A DNA stretch of 63,804 nt, filler included, from Octopus bimaculoides (GCF_001194135.2; 10 parts of 9 records of this genome joined end to end with filler, not necessarily neighbours in it), one strand, 5' to 3'. Positions 1-12,723 are shown, counted from the first letter of the whole stretch. Made by a program: numbers and translations. Notes: generated by a model from the letters alone, not told the origin.

Positions 1-1777
1 TGTTGAAATATTGCAGGTGCTACCTTCAGTCCAAAATGTAGTCTATTGTATTTGTATAGACCTCTGCGTACGTTTTTTTTATCTACTTTTAATAGCAGAT
101 ATGCATCAGACAAATCGAAGTTTGAAAGTAGTTTTCCTCAGTTTAGTTTTGTAAAAAATATCTGGAGTTGGTAGAAGATAATGGTTCATTTTTAAACAGT
201 CATTTACACCGGTCGAAAAATCGGCACACAGTCTAATTTTGTTATACTACTTTTTTATGCATACAGTCGGAGCTGCTCATTTCGCATAATCCACTTTTTC
301 AATGATTCCATTTTTTTCCAATCTGTCCAACTCATCGTCCACTTGCTTTATTGTCGCAAGAGGCACTTCCCAATTAGGCTTGAATGTAGGTATAACGTTT
401 TCATCTAATTCAAAACAAACTGCAGTCTTTGTGCATAGACCTATTTTATCCGAGAGTACTTGCGGAAGCATTTAAAATAATTTTGTTTTTACTCTTCAGA
501 GGATTTATTTTTAGAAGGACAACAGTTTACGTTTTTATAATAGAGATTTATAGGGCGGTCCCATAAATCGAATAATTCTAACCAATCGGTACCAAACATA
601 TCGGTTGCGCTTTTAACACCAAAAACTTTCGCCCTGAATATTTTCCCTCGAAATGTGACATTAGTCCACATTTCGCCTATGAAATGTAATTTGTCGCCCG
701 TCATGCTAAGAGAAAAGTTCACTGTTTTTCTCAACATAGGTTTCCCTATCTTTTTCTATGTGTCTATATTTATAATTGGAATATCACTTCCATTACCCAA
801 TTGAAGTTTAATATGTATTCATTTATTTTTACGTGTACGAATTTCCTTATTTGGGAGTCGATTTTTGTTTCTGCTGAGAGTACTGCAAGGTTTTTAACGT
901 TTGACCTTCGTAAGTTCATTCTGCAGTGTCAACTCTTGTGACCAATGCGTTTGCAACTGTAACTCTTTTGATTGTTAGAAGTACAGTCTTTTCTGAGATG
1001 TATGACCCCATATCCATAACATAGATTAGGACGTGGCGCTCTTTTTGGTTATACTTTTCCGGTCGGCACATCTGTATTTTTGAGGAATCCTTTTCTTGAA
1101 TTTTTTCTACATCGTGGTTTCTGGTTTACCATCCTTTGCGATTCTTCTGCCACGGACTGTAAAGTTAGATCTTGGTTCGCTTGTTTCAATTTAGAAAGAC
1201 TTCTTGCCGGAATTTCTGTATCTTCTTGCTGTAAGGCCTTATACAAAAATAATATACTTTAACATCTCAAGTATAAGTTCTTTGAGTTTAAACCTTTCAC
1301 ACATCCTGTTGACTTTTCCTGCGTATTTGATAAAATCATCGTTCTCTTTTTTCGTTATATTCCAACACTCCATTCAAGTATTAAATAGAGAAGATTTATC
1401 ATCGAATATGTTTGACAGTAATCCTATTATTTCTTTAAAGCAAATTTCATTGATTTCTTTGAGCAATATGAAATTATAGCAACGTTCACGCTCTAACGAA
1501 GCTAATTTTCGCAATAACAATCTCACTGTAAAAATCTCCTCGTACCTTCTGTAGTACGATGAAAAATTTATACCCTCCTCTGGATTATAACTGAATTCAT
1601 TAATGGAGTTCGGAACGCCATCTGGCAAAAACTAACTTACCTTATTTTTGGATTTCTTTGAATACAGCTCCAATAATTGTTGTTGTAGGTGTTGCTGTAA
1701 TAGTTGCTTCTGCAATTACTACTGATGCTCTTGTTGCTTTTGTAACTGTACTATGGACGCTAATATGTCTTCCATCA
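1..1777 (-). pseudogene. Disrupted gag-pro-RT reading frame of the Gypsy element
   Basis: Track ORFs 1374-1628, 1049-1246, 489-737 and 277-471 are consecutive pieces. A likely start MMEDILAS lies near 1777, followed by a Q-rich stretch. Confidence 0.85.
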
Positions 1778-1831
1778 TTTAACAAGTTGTATCATGAAAA
1801 AATTGGTAAATAACCTACGTGAGTTTTGAAA

Positions 1832-1843
1832 CCCTCATCGTCA
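1832..1843 (-). promoter_or_regulatory. Degenerate primer-binding site, likely tRNA-Ser(GCU)
   Basis: Minus strand reads TGACGATGAGGG, against TGGCGACGAGGA (complement of the recalled tRNA-Ser(GCU) 3' end). It lies between the LTR and gag. Confidence 0.5.
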
Positions 1844-1845
1844 AA

Positions 1846-2100
1846 CGTAACGTAATTTGCTACGTATAAGATAACTAGACAATAGTAAAATAATGTAACA
1901 AATTAAACAAGTCTCTTTATGAACCAACGATCAATATTCTTTGTGAACTAACTGACCGACACCTTCCGACTTCACTGCGAACTAACACAAACTTCAATCG
2001 ACTCCGAACTTTCAGCTCATAAACTCACTCGGATCGTTACTAGTTATATTTTACTCAAACCAGTCTATCTCTCACAAGTGGGGCATCGTTACTCACCACA
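1846..2100 (-). repeat. Probable 5' LTR (~255 bp) of the Gypsy element
   Basis: Minus strand begins TGTGGTGAG at 2100 and ends just before the PBS-like sequence. The second LTR is outside the window, so this is unconfirmed. Confidence 0.55.
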
Positions 2101-2203
2101 ATAATATGAAGCTATTTTCAGCTTTAGTTTTGCATTACATATACATACATACAAACATCATACACATATACAGACAACATACATACATATATATGTGTGT
2201 TTA

Positions 2204-2345
2204 GCCGAATGGTAAGATGTTTACTTCTCAACAACATGATTCTATGTTCAGCCTAGTGTGTGGCACCTTGTGCAAATGTCTTCTATTCCTGGGTTGATCA
2301 ATGCCTTGTGTGTGGATTTGGTTGACAGAAACTGAAAAAAGGCCA
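2204..2345 (+). mobile_element. Degenerate 5' half of SINE family A
   Basis: Co-linear with 60914-61078 (..GTGGCACCTTG(T/G)GCAA(A/G)TGTCTTCTA..GCCTTGTG(T/A)GTGGATTTGG(T/)TAGAC(A/G)GAAACTGAAA..). Confidence 0.75.
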
Positions 2346-2411
2346 TAATATATTTGTATATATATATATATATATATATTCACACACACATACATATATA
2401 TATATAATAAT

Positions 2412-3885
2412 ATTAGGGACAAAATCCAAAATTACAGGTAGAAACTCAATTAAGATCAATTTATAAAAAATCAAAATTAAATTGAGCTTTATAGATAAAA
2501 TATATATAAAATATATAGTTTTAGGGAAAATAACCAAATTTCAAGAACTCATCGATGAAAATCCTTTATCACATATATAGAAAAATTGACAATTAAAAGC
2601 ACAATAAATGAGTATAATATAAAACAAAGTAAATATCATAAGATAAAGATAATAAAATGACTACACGTGTTTCATAACTAATTTTGAAATAGAAAGGAAA
2701 TTTAAATCGATTAAAATCAATTAAAATCAATTGAAATTATCGAAAATGAATTCTATTCAAAAATATAGCTNNNNNNNNNNNNNNNNNNNNNNNNNNNNNN
2801 NNNNNNNNNNNNNNNNNNNNNNNNNNNNNNNNNNNNNNNNNNNNNNNNNNNNNNNNNNNNNNNNNNNNNNNNNNNNNNNNNNNNNNNNNNNNNNNNNNNN
2901 NNNNNNNNNNNNNNNNNNNNNNNNNNNNNNNNNNNNNNNNNNNNNNNNNNNNNNNNNNNNNNNNNNNNNNNNNNNNNNNNNNNNNNNNNNNNNNNNNNNN
3001 NNNNNNNNNNNNNNNNNNNNNNNNNNNNNNNNNNNNNNNNNNNNNNNNNNNNNNNNNNNNNNNNNNNNNNNNNNNNNNNNNNNNNNNNNNNNNNNNNNNN
3101 NNNNNNNNNNNNNNNNNNNNNNNNNNNNNNNNNNNNNNNNNNNNNNNNNNNNNNNNNNNNNNNNNNNNNNNNNNNNNNNNNNNNNNNNNNNNNNNNNNNN
3201 NNNNNNNNNNNNNNNNNNNNNNNNNNNNNNNNNNNNNNNNNNNNNNNNNNNNNNNNNNNNNNNNNNNNNNNNNNNNNNNNNNNNNNNNNNNNNNNNNNNN
3301 NNNNNNNNNNNNNNNNNNNNNNNNNNNNNNNNNNNNNNNNNNNNNNNNNNNNNNNNNNNNNNNNNNNNNNNNNNNNNNNNNNNNNNNNNNNNNNNNNNNN
3401 NNNNNNNNNNNNNNNNNNNNNNNNNNNNNNNNNNNNNNNNNNNNNNNNNNNNNNNNNNNNNNNNNNNNNNNNNNNNNNNNNNNNNNNNNNNNNNNNNNNN
3501 NNNNNNNNNNNNNNNNNNNNNCTTTAACGATATTATAAACAATAAAGACTAATTATTAATCAAATATTATTAATCAAAAACAATCGAAAATATATCAACA
3601 CTATTCAAATCGAAGTTCTAATATTATGTTGAAATGAAACTATAACTTCTAAATAATTTAGTGTTAAATAAGTTATCTATTAAAAATAATCTTTAAAGAA
3701 CTAAATGAATAATATAAAAAAACAAGAATACATATTATTTTCAAATAGTAGAAAATCTTTAGCAAAGTAAAAACAGTACTTATCCATATTTTTCCGTAAT
3801 TCAAACTGAAACTAAGACGTTATTTAATAGCTATAGCGTTTTAAGCAAGAGGTCGCGCGAAAATACTACGTTAAAATATATATAT
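2412..3885. repeat. AT-rich interspersed repeat family F (probably Penelope-associated), interrupted by a gap
   Basis: 2515-2650 (TTTTAGGGAAAATAACCAA..GAACTCATCGATGAAAATCC..) recurs at 54790-54923 and, inverted, at 54938-55048 and 62713-62850. Whether the post-gap part belongs to the same element is assumed. Confidence 0.65.
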
Positions 3886-5659
3886 ATATATATTTATATA
3901 TATATGTATATAATTAAGATTCAGATTAATTAGGTACTTAAATTGAAGCACCCTGTTGGGTTGATCTAATTTGCACACCCAAACAATATTAGATGAATAT
4001 CACACTCTGCGCAGAAGTGTTTGCACTTGATATTCTTGCAGTGTATACAGATAACATGACCCATCTTAGTGAAGAGCAAAATTTCCGAATTGCAAATTCC
4101 AGGGTAGGTGAATAAAATATGAGTAACAAAGATGTACAGGTGTAAATTCATTATGACCGTTTCAAGTGACACCTTTAATTGATTAATGAAAATATTACAT
4201 CATTGCGAAGAAACCGTTTTCGTCAAATGACTGCACAAACTTCAAACACTAAGGACAAACCAATTACTTTAACATATTTGTATCAGCAACGGAGCTCAAA
4301 TACTTACAGGGATTCTGCTGTTATAGCTTTGGCAGAATGAGTTTAGAAAATAGTCTATGTAGTGTTGAAACTATTAGAATTTAGAGGTTAGTAGAGGTTA
4401 TAGTGGTGGGGAATGAATAATTGAGAGTAGTCACCTAGTTACCTACACTTCGAAATCTTTTGAGAGTTGCAGCTGTATTCTAGACAAAGGTGATAAATTA
4501 GTTGATATCATGACAACATTCTAGACTATCTAATTACTGAAATCTTATATCCAGATTTTTCTACACTAAAGGGTAAGGCTTGAGGTAGTAACAAAAGGGG
4601 AATGCCTGATGGGGAAGGGGGTTATAGTTGGGAGAAAAAGGATAGGAAGAGCTAATAATACTTATTTTGATTGCTATCTTAAAGAAATGAGTATAAAAAG
4701 TTAAGGAGTGGAACATAAGTTCAGAGAATAAGGGTAGGAGCTCATTGTAACTTAGCATATTTATAATGTCAAAGCAAAATATAATTAGATATATAGATGA
4801 AGGCTAGAATTTACACTTAAAATTTTAATAAGGGGATACTTTAAGATACAAGAGAAATATTAAGACTTTTCATAAATGTAGTGCATAGAATATCCTGGTT
4901 AAATATCATATGATGAATGTATAACGTAACGGAATTCCCGTCAGATACGGGTGGGTAATATAAGATATAGTTAAAAGTCAGATATAAAGTAGAGGGTAAG
5001 TAAATTAGATATATTAAATATATAAAAGAGTACATTCATATACAATATTTAAACAATTTTAGTCCTATAATCACATAATGCATATCATGTATAAATTCAA
5101 AATATAAGATTACAGTATTCAGTGAATTTTACGAAAATAGTATAAATTGCCACAAATTTATAAGCTATAAAAACCGTAACGATTTATAAAAGGATATATA
5201 AAGGTATAAAATCATTAAAAAAAAATAATATCAATTTATAAGATATGTGTAATTAAAAAATATATAATAATATACACTATAAAAACCATCAAATATATAA
5301 AAGGATATATACAGGCATAAAACATGAAAAGCTCGTAAAACATAACAAAACAGTACATCAAAGAAAATATCCAGGTAGAATAATAACAGATCTCAGAAGC
5401 TATATTTCATATTGGTGGGGGGGGGGACGAATTTTAAGAATCCATTTAAAAAGTAAATATATTATATATCAACCATGATAGAAAAGATTCACTACTGGGA
5501 ATGGGTAAATATATATTGTAATTATTAAAAGTTTATAGATCAGAGGGACTAAGGGTCACTAGAATGCATTATCGAATAGGTTTCGACATCACAGGGAGTA
5601 GGTTACGAATGATATGACATCCCGAATAACTTGTGTCACCAGAAAACCGTATGATATAA

Positions 5660-6740
5660 TTATAAATTACCTGCTTGTAAAGTATTTAAAGTACGGGTAA
5701 TCTTATGAACACATGACACCCTAAGATCTAATATATTATTAATTAGGTTGTGTTTGTCTCTATATTTGAATATTTCATATATCTCCATGCAATATACTCC
5801 ACACCCATACCGGTTATTTGTGTATGGTTGAGCTCTACGCACTATATCGCACTTTAGATCGAATTTAATATTATTATCCTTGAGGTACTGCTGGCTCTAT
5901 GCCTAAGTCTAAAGGACTAAAGATGGATATTCATGCGTGTTTTCATACTTCCTGTGCACCCGATATAAATAAAGTTATTAGTTTCTGTGAGTACTATACA
6001 TTTATATATAACATTTCTTGCTAAACACTGACCTAATAGCGGGCAGTCGGATCGTTCCCTACAATTGTAACTGCGATTCTTATTATTAGTATTTCTGATC
6101 CTTTTATTCATGTTTATAGTGTCATCATTCGGGGCACTGTTCAAATTTATGGAAGTATTATCAAAGGTTATGTCGCTATTACTCGAGTTATTATAATTGG
6201 TATTGTTATCATTACTTATATTTATGTTAACACTACTATCCTGGATTGTATCATTAGATGTTATGCAACCAACATACAATGGTTGCACGTGGGATACTTG
6301 GGGTATCATCGGGTAGGTTATTGGCTCAATTACCATTAACTATGTTGTCTGCATTGCTACTGGCTGAGGTTGGGTTGTCGGTAGTAACAGTTGTATTATT
6401 GATATTTGATTAAGGTTATTAGAATTGTTACTAGGGGTTAATACCATTATAATTATCAATCTCGCAGGCTAACATATTTTTTCTGTTCAAGTGGATTATG
6501 ATCGTACCTATATTTGGAAAGCTGGAGTATGAGACTCTGATTTTCCTACGGCAGAAGAGTGTCCCATATTTATGTGAGGCTGGGAAGATTTTCTCCAAAA
6601 TCACTAGACATTTTCTATATATATTAGTAGATATTCCGCAACTGAAAGGAATATGATACCACTCTATATCATTATTCTTAGTTTTCTTATATTTATGAAA
6701 GTAGACCCTAATAGAGGTGAATTGACACCTGCAATTCTTT
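5660..6740 (-). pseudogene. Penelope-like element: RT C-terminal region, linker and GIY-YIG endonuclease (decayed)
   Basis: Minus frames give IEWYHIPFSCGISTNIYRKCLVILEKIFPASHKYGTLFCRRKIRVSYSSFPNI, then NCRERSDCPLLGQCLARNVIYKCIV..IYIGCTGSMKTRMNIH, then AQPYTNNRYGC..SCVHK. These match the PLE W.N.PF/YSC.PN, CNCR..CPL..CL..VIY/YIG and terminal Cys motifs. Confidence 0.85.
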
Positions 6741-6747
6741 GTTACTC

Positions 6748-6785
<38 letters not shown>

Positions 6786-7796
6786 NNNNNNNNNNNNNNN
6801 NNNNNNNNNNNNNNNNNNNNNNNNNNNNNNNNNNNNNNNNNNNNNNNNNNNNNNNNNNNNNNNNNNNNNNNNNNNNNNNNNNNNNNNNNNNNNNNNNNNN
6901 NNNNNNNNNNNNNNNNNNNNNNNNNNNNNNNNNNNNNNNNNNNNNNNNNNNNNNNNNNNNNNNNNNNNNNNNNNNNNNNNNNNNNNNNNNNNNNNNNNNN
7001 NNNNNNNNNNNNNNNNNNNNNNNNNNNNNNNNNNNNNNNNNNNNNNNNNNNNNNNNNNNNNNNNNNNNNNNNNNNNNNNNNNNNNNNNNNNNNNNNNNNN
7101 NNNNNNNNNNNNNNNNNNNNNNNNNNNNNNNNNNNNNNNNNNNNNNNNNNNNNNNNNNNNNNNNNNNNNNNNNNNNNNNNNNNNNNNNNNNNNNNNNNNN
7201 NNNNNNNNNNNNNNNNNNNNNNNNNNNNNNNNNNNNNNNNNNNNNNNNNNNNNNNNNNNNNNNNNNNNNNNNNNNNNNNNNNNNNNNNNNNNNNNNNNNN
7301 NNNNNNNNNNNNNNNNNNNNNNNNNNNNNNNNNNNNNNNNNNNNNNNNNNNNNNNNNNNNNNNNNNNNNNNNNNNNNNNNNNNNNNNNNNNNNNNNNNNN
7401 NNNNNNNNNNNNNNNNNNNNNNNNNNNNNNNNNNNNNNNNNNNNNNNNNNNNNNNNNNNNNNNNNNNNNNNNNNNNNNNNNNNNNNNNNNNNNNNNNNNN
7501 NNNNNNNNNNNNNNNNNNNNNNNNNNNNNNNNNNNNNNNNNNNNNNNNNNNNNNNNNNNNNNNNNNNNNNNNNNNNNNNNNNNNNNNNNNNNNNNNNNNN
7601 NNNNNNNNNNNNNNNNNNNNNNNNNNNNNNNNNNNNNNNNNNNNNNNNNNNNNNNNNNNNNNNNNNNNNNNNNNNNNNNNNNNNNNNNNNNNNNNNNNNN
7701 NNNNNNNNNNNNNNNNNNNNNNNNNNNNNNNNNNNNNNNNNNNNNNNNNNNNNNNNNNNNNNNNNNNNNNNNNNNNNNTATATATACATATATATA

Positions 7797-8410
7797 CAGT
7801 ATCTCATAAAAGTATGTACACCCCTAAGATGTTTCAGTAAAATTGCCATTACTCTGATAATGTCGAAGGAAATCAAACGAAATTTATACTGAATAGAATA
7901 TATTATACATGCAAACATTATACAAATTTAGAACACAAAACAATAAACATTTTCAAAGATATGAATACATTCATCAATGATGTCTTTCAATTGGGCTACA
8001 TTGCGTGTTTTTCTCCTTAACCTTCTATTTCAAAACACCTCACAAGCGTTCTATTGGGTTTAAATGAGGTGTCATGGTAGGCCAAGGCAATACCTTTACC
8101 TTTTTATTTGATAAAACTTAGTCGTCATATTTGAAGTGTGTTTAGAGTCATTATCAGTTTGGAACATGGAATGCCTACCTAGTTACTTGATGCTTTTCAA
8201 CATTTTCAAAATGTCACAATAAAGCCTTGAATCAATTGTTCTCTCGAGAAATGTGGGCTCTCCAACACCAGCCACACTCGTGCATCCTCAAACCATTACA
8301 CTTCCGCCGCCGTGTTTCACGGTGGACACGGTGCATTTGTCGGTATTATCTTCACCTGGTCGTCGACATACTCGTTTAATACCATCTGACCTTGAATTCT
8401 TATCTCATTC
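7797..8410 (-). mobile_element. Tc1-family transposon, 5'-truncated, with 3' TIR
   Basis: Minus strand: SDGIKRVCRRPGE..TVKHGGGSVMVWGC..AGVG..FQTDNDSKHTS. Terminus TA|CAGTATCTCATAAAAGTATGTACACCCC at 7795-7824. Confidence 0.85.
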
Positions 8411-8498
8411 TGTTACTTTATATATATATATATATATATATGAAAAATATTTCAATACAAATGTATTAATTTCCAGCAAAAAATAGCCCTATAAGGGT

Positions 8499-8910
8499 AT
8501 ATATATAAATCAGAAGAGTGGTACAACGTGGCACCGATATTTACTGGACAATAGCAATCGATATAAATACGACGCTATTGTATAGCTTCACTGCGTATAT
8601 ACTGGCAAAAATGCGTGTGTGCAACAAACATGAAAATCTTGTCTTACCTTAGGAAGAACATTCGAAAATGGACAACCCAGATTAAGGATAATGCAGTACT
8701 TAGGTTTCAGACTCTTCAAATACGTTTCACAACGTAAATCTGATCAGTCCTCATCAGTTGCGTTTACCTAGACAATATTTCAAATGCTCCCACATCAATG
8801 CCACACACATTTTTGCCAGTATATACGCAGTGAAGCTATACAATAGCGTCATATTTATATCGATTGCTATTGTCCAGTAAATATCGGTGCCTCGTTGTAC
8901 CACTCTTCTG

Positions 8911-8920
<10 letters not shown>
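8499..8920. repeat. Inverted repeat: ~120-bp arms (8499-8619 / 8802-8920) around a ~180-bp spacer
   Basis: The arms are reverse complements with about 3 mismatches. The spacer holds a hammerhead-like motif on the minus strand (8721-8757). Confidence 0.9.
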
Positions 8921-8968
<48 letters not shown>

Positions 8969-8989
8969 ACATGTATGTATGTATGCATG

Positions 8990-9375
8990 TATGTATGCGT
9001 GTGTGTCTCTCTGGGTTCCTGTTTGTCCCCACCAAGTTTAACGACCGGTATTAGCTTATTCACAACCCCTAACTAAGTAGTGCGGCGGCAAAATGACACC
9101 GTTTGAATAAGTACCAGGCTTAATGATACTGTTGTATCGACGCCCCCAGGCGAATAAGTAGGATCTCACAAGACATATAAATAGAGGTAGTCTGACCGTA
9201 GTATAGAGTTGAGTGACAGTTGAGTAGCTCTAGAGTGGCAGCCGAAGGTGCTAGATAGCAGTAGCTTGAGACATAACAGATACCAGTAGTGAGAGGCGAT
9301 CAGTTTTATTAAAACATTCAAACCTGTGACCCAGCATAGCTGCAGTCTAATGGCTGAAACAAGTAAAAGAGCAAT
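8990..9375 (+). mobile_element. Degenerate 3' half of SINE family A with a ~200-bp internal insertion
   Basis: TTTGTCCCC..CGGCAAAA..GAATAAGTACCAGGCTT (9020-9122) and the tail CCAGCATAGCTGCAGTCTAATGGCTGAAACAAGTAAAAGAG (9332-9372) match 61185-61372. Confidence 0.65.
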
Positions 9376-9618
9376 GGCAAACACACACACACACACATTT
9401 TCATACATACGTGCAAGCATGTTTATATATACATACATATATAATTTAGTAGTATTAGATAAGGATTTAGAGAATCATAAGGCTATGACAGTAAGCTCCT
9501 CTTACGAACCCGACTATCAGACTACATAATAAACAATTGCAAAGTAGTGTGACCTGAGATTTCTACGTAATTGAAAATACCGAAAAACTGAGTGAATATA
9601 TACATATATATATATATA

Positions 9619-9665
<47 letters not shown>

Positions 9666-11049
9666 TATAATTTATTAGTACGCTATTCTTCTTTACGTTC
9701 TGATAAAATGAGATTTAAAAAAAAACATCCATAAAATGTATATCTTAATTCATCTGCGTAATCACGATATGTCTCTAGTTGATATGAATTCAGAACACAT
9801 TTCTAAATGGTTCCTGGAATCAACTTATTTTGTTTGGAATGTAAAAAAAAAAATGTGATTTAGTGATTGATTGATTGTTCTGAAGAATCGTGCTCTGAAT
9901 TTTGCATCTAAGTGGAGACGGTACTAAATCTGAAATAGTATGTTCGAAAAGTTGTGGCGCCACCTGAGACGTATTCGTCAATGTAAATATGAAAACCAAC
10001 TTTGATGTACATGGTGTGTAGACAGCTACATATTTACATACTACTTGGTGATTTTTTTCCCATTTAACTTTGTAACTGCTGAGGAATATAAAATTGATAT
10101 GGCTAGCAGTAAAACTTTTGATCAAGGATAGCTTTAACTTTTGTAACATCTTTTTGAAATTTTCTTTCAGCCTTAGACCAGAAACTTCAAATGATAAGTC
10201 TAATCAGAGATCACCAGTAGATGTTATAGTTATAATTTATTTCATTGTTTATATTTGCACATGGAATTAGCTTAAGAAAACGGTGGATTGTAATCCTGGA
10301 AACAGTAAGGCCTGTCTGCTAAATACCGAATCACAACGTTCTCTGTGATATTGTTAAGAATAAAAGCATTCTTAGCTGGAGTATATTTCTGTTGGTGATC
10401 TCCACAGGCTACTCAAAATTGTGCTATTCTCAATCAAACTGTCATTGGAAAAACATATACAAAGCTAATATTCAGATTGACAGTATTATTTTCTGTGGAA
10501 ACCATGGAAATATTCCGTCTTGTATACGCTACTTTTTTTTATATATTTCATTCTAATAGAAGCCATACGTATCTCCACTATTTTTCGGTAAGGCTTTCGG
10601 TAAGCCATACATATCTCCACTATTCCCACGGTAAGGCTTCTCTTTTTATTAAATTGAGTTGGGAGGTCCCGATGTTACTATCATCATAGATCATCTTCAT
10701 GCTTCGAATTAAACAATTTTTTTCTGGTTGCATTTCTGGGATCCTAATATATTTATTCGTTTCCTCGTCACAGTCTGCGAAAATATTTCCAATATGCCAG
10801 GTTGTTAAATCTTTCCAACTTTTATCCAACTAGAAGCCTTATATCATATTTATATTCTGTCTGCAATTAATTTATTTTACGCCCTTTGATAACCCTTTTG
10901 ATTTTCCCTCAATGCTGACAGTGATCTAATGCTTTCCACTTTTAAATGGTTATATATAAATGTAATCCTCCAGTGTAAGCGAGTTATAATATAAGTTTCA
11001 AAATCAAACCTGAAATTCATTGCCTTTATATTTAGAGAAATAGAAATTT

Positions 11050-11880
11050 CTGTGAATATAATTTTGGTGATATTGATTGTTGAAAAAACAAAATTATTTA
11101 TTTGAATCCCAAAGCATTAATATTTACTGATTATTTTTTTTATCAGATCAAATAAATAGACAAGTCTTGTTGTGATAACACATTTCACAATACTATCACA
11201 ATTTTGATCAATAAATTGTTCTTTCAAAGCAAGAGGAGTATTATGTGCTAAATTTGAGAATTGGATTTTCTTGATTGATATCTGAAAAAATATCTATTTA
11301 GAATTCAAGTCTCCCGATGTTCTATTATTCGTGTTCTCGTGTATTCGATGCCATAATGCTTAGTTTTATCTTTAAAGATTCGATTTGAATTTAATCATAG
11401 ATTTAAAATTGCTATTTTTTATTTGAATTTTTTAAACAAAGCATTAATCAAAACATTATATTGGACAATATTTAAATTAGTTCATTGAAGCATCAATTTA
11501 AGATCATTAAAGGATTAAAGATCAACAAGATATCCTAGTTTATAACTGTGTATATTCATTGTAAATATAATTTATGTTCTGTTTCTCAAGAAGTAAAGCA
11601 ACATGTCACCTCATTAAATTCAGCACATCGTTTACATTTTATCCAGAATCATTAATATTTTATAACTTTGTCTTCTTATATTCTATCGGAATTTAATATT
11701 ATTTCAGCTAATTATAGTGTTAGAAGGAGTGAAAGTATCTTCATTAAACACGCATCTACCGAAGATATTTTAAGAGCAATCAAAGTAGATGGTTTCATAA
11801 AATTGTCACAGATAGCGTCAGTGATTTTTATTTGTATTAAATTGAATTAAATTTCATATAAAGTAAGCATTATATTCTTA
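11050..11880 (-). pseudogene. Highly decayed hAT (Charlie/Buster-like) transposase fragment
   Basis: Minus frames: LGYLVDL*SFNDLKLMLQ*TNLNIVQYNVLINALFKKF (cf. LAYL.DIF..LNELNL.LQG) and PLALKEQFIDQNCDS (cf. LQEQLIDLQ.D). Many stops. Confidence 0.5.
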
Positions 11881-12723
11881 TTGTTCTTGAAATGACATCT
11901 AAATAAATCTAATACAGACAATATCAGTTTCTTAGGTTTCAAGCAAATGCTTATAAAAGTAATATAATGCGTATAAGTGCTACTCATGCTTGTAAACAGG
12001 AGAGATAATGTTTAGTTAAATTAAATAAAAACCCAAGAAGATTAATTTGTAACTAGAAAGAAAATAATGCATCGAGAGTAGAGATTTGGTAAATTTTGAC
12101 AAATCCGAATAGAATCTAATCGTCACGATGCTTGTATTTTCTTAAATTTCTTTATTATCTTTTAGTCAAATGAGAAGACAGTGCTCGTGTCTCTTTACAA
12201 ACCGGTGAGAGGGAGGAACGTATGCCCAAACCGAAGACGTGGCTTAAGTACTTGCAAGATTAGACTTCGCCTAGGCATGCAAGGATAACGGCAATGCGAA
12301 AATAACAGAAATTATTAAACATTCGTGTTATGACATAATCTGAATTTAAAAACACTGAATTAGTTTTGATCAAAGATTGATCTATATAAATGAAGTCAAA
12401 TGTTATATATGCAAGTGAGAATAATTATTAAATGAATAATTAATTCAAGAATAGGAAAGTATTGTCTAACGGCATGTTAATTAATCAAGAACATACGAGT
12501 ATAAAGGAAGGTGATGTTTTTCCACACAGCATATTTAGTGCTTGTAAATATGTTTAACACAGCAAATATGTTCGCATCAAATGATAAGTTTTAAAGTTTT
12601 AAAAAACTTATATGTAATTCAGAAATTAAAACTTCAATAACCAGAAAAGTGCTGAGATTGATAGACGTTAAAAATATTTTCCACAAATAATCTAAATATG
12701 ATGCAACTATTTCCAAGATTATA

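Larger units (their letters stand above)
1..2100 (-). mobile_element. Ty3/Gypsy LTR retrotransposon remnant (Mag/K02A2.6-like); runs off the left edge of the window
   Basis: Minus-strand frames give, in order: gag (NSINEFSYNPEEGINFSSYYRRYEEIF..VRLLLRKL..SSLFNT), a degenerate zinc-knuckle pair (LCYGYGVIHLRKDC..YSCKRIGHKS*HC, ~930-1030), a degenerate protease motif (KLQLGNGSDI, ~780-810), and RT (VDDELDRLEKNGIIEKVDY; RGLYKYNRLHFGLKVAPAIFQ at 1-65). Multiple stops and frameshifts. Confidence 0.9.

Noticed and set aside
3966-4172. Cys-rich CIHC..CAEC peptide like a piggyBac C-terminal domain
   Set aside because: Too short, with no other piggyBac motif or terminus nearby. Not supportable.
5575-5645. 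Minus-strand CTGGTGA..GTCGAAAC downstream of the Penelope ORF
   Set aside because: The position fits a PLE hammerhead, but the core is mutated and stems I and III are not evident. Too degenerate to call.
2731-7918. Long ORFs in the track (273-395 aa), and similar ones at 13.7-14.4, 39.9-41.0 and 55.0-55.7 kb
   Set aside because: They are open only because N-gaps translate as X.
9820-10850. Short ORFs and a duplicated GCCATAC.TATCTCCACTATT motif suggesting a decayed transposon gene
   Set aside because: No recognisable protein motif in any frame I translated.
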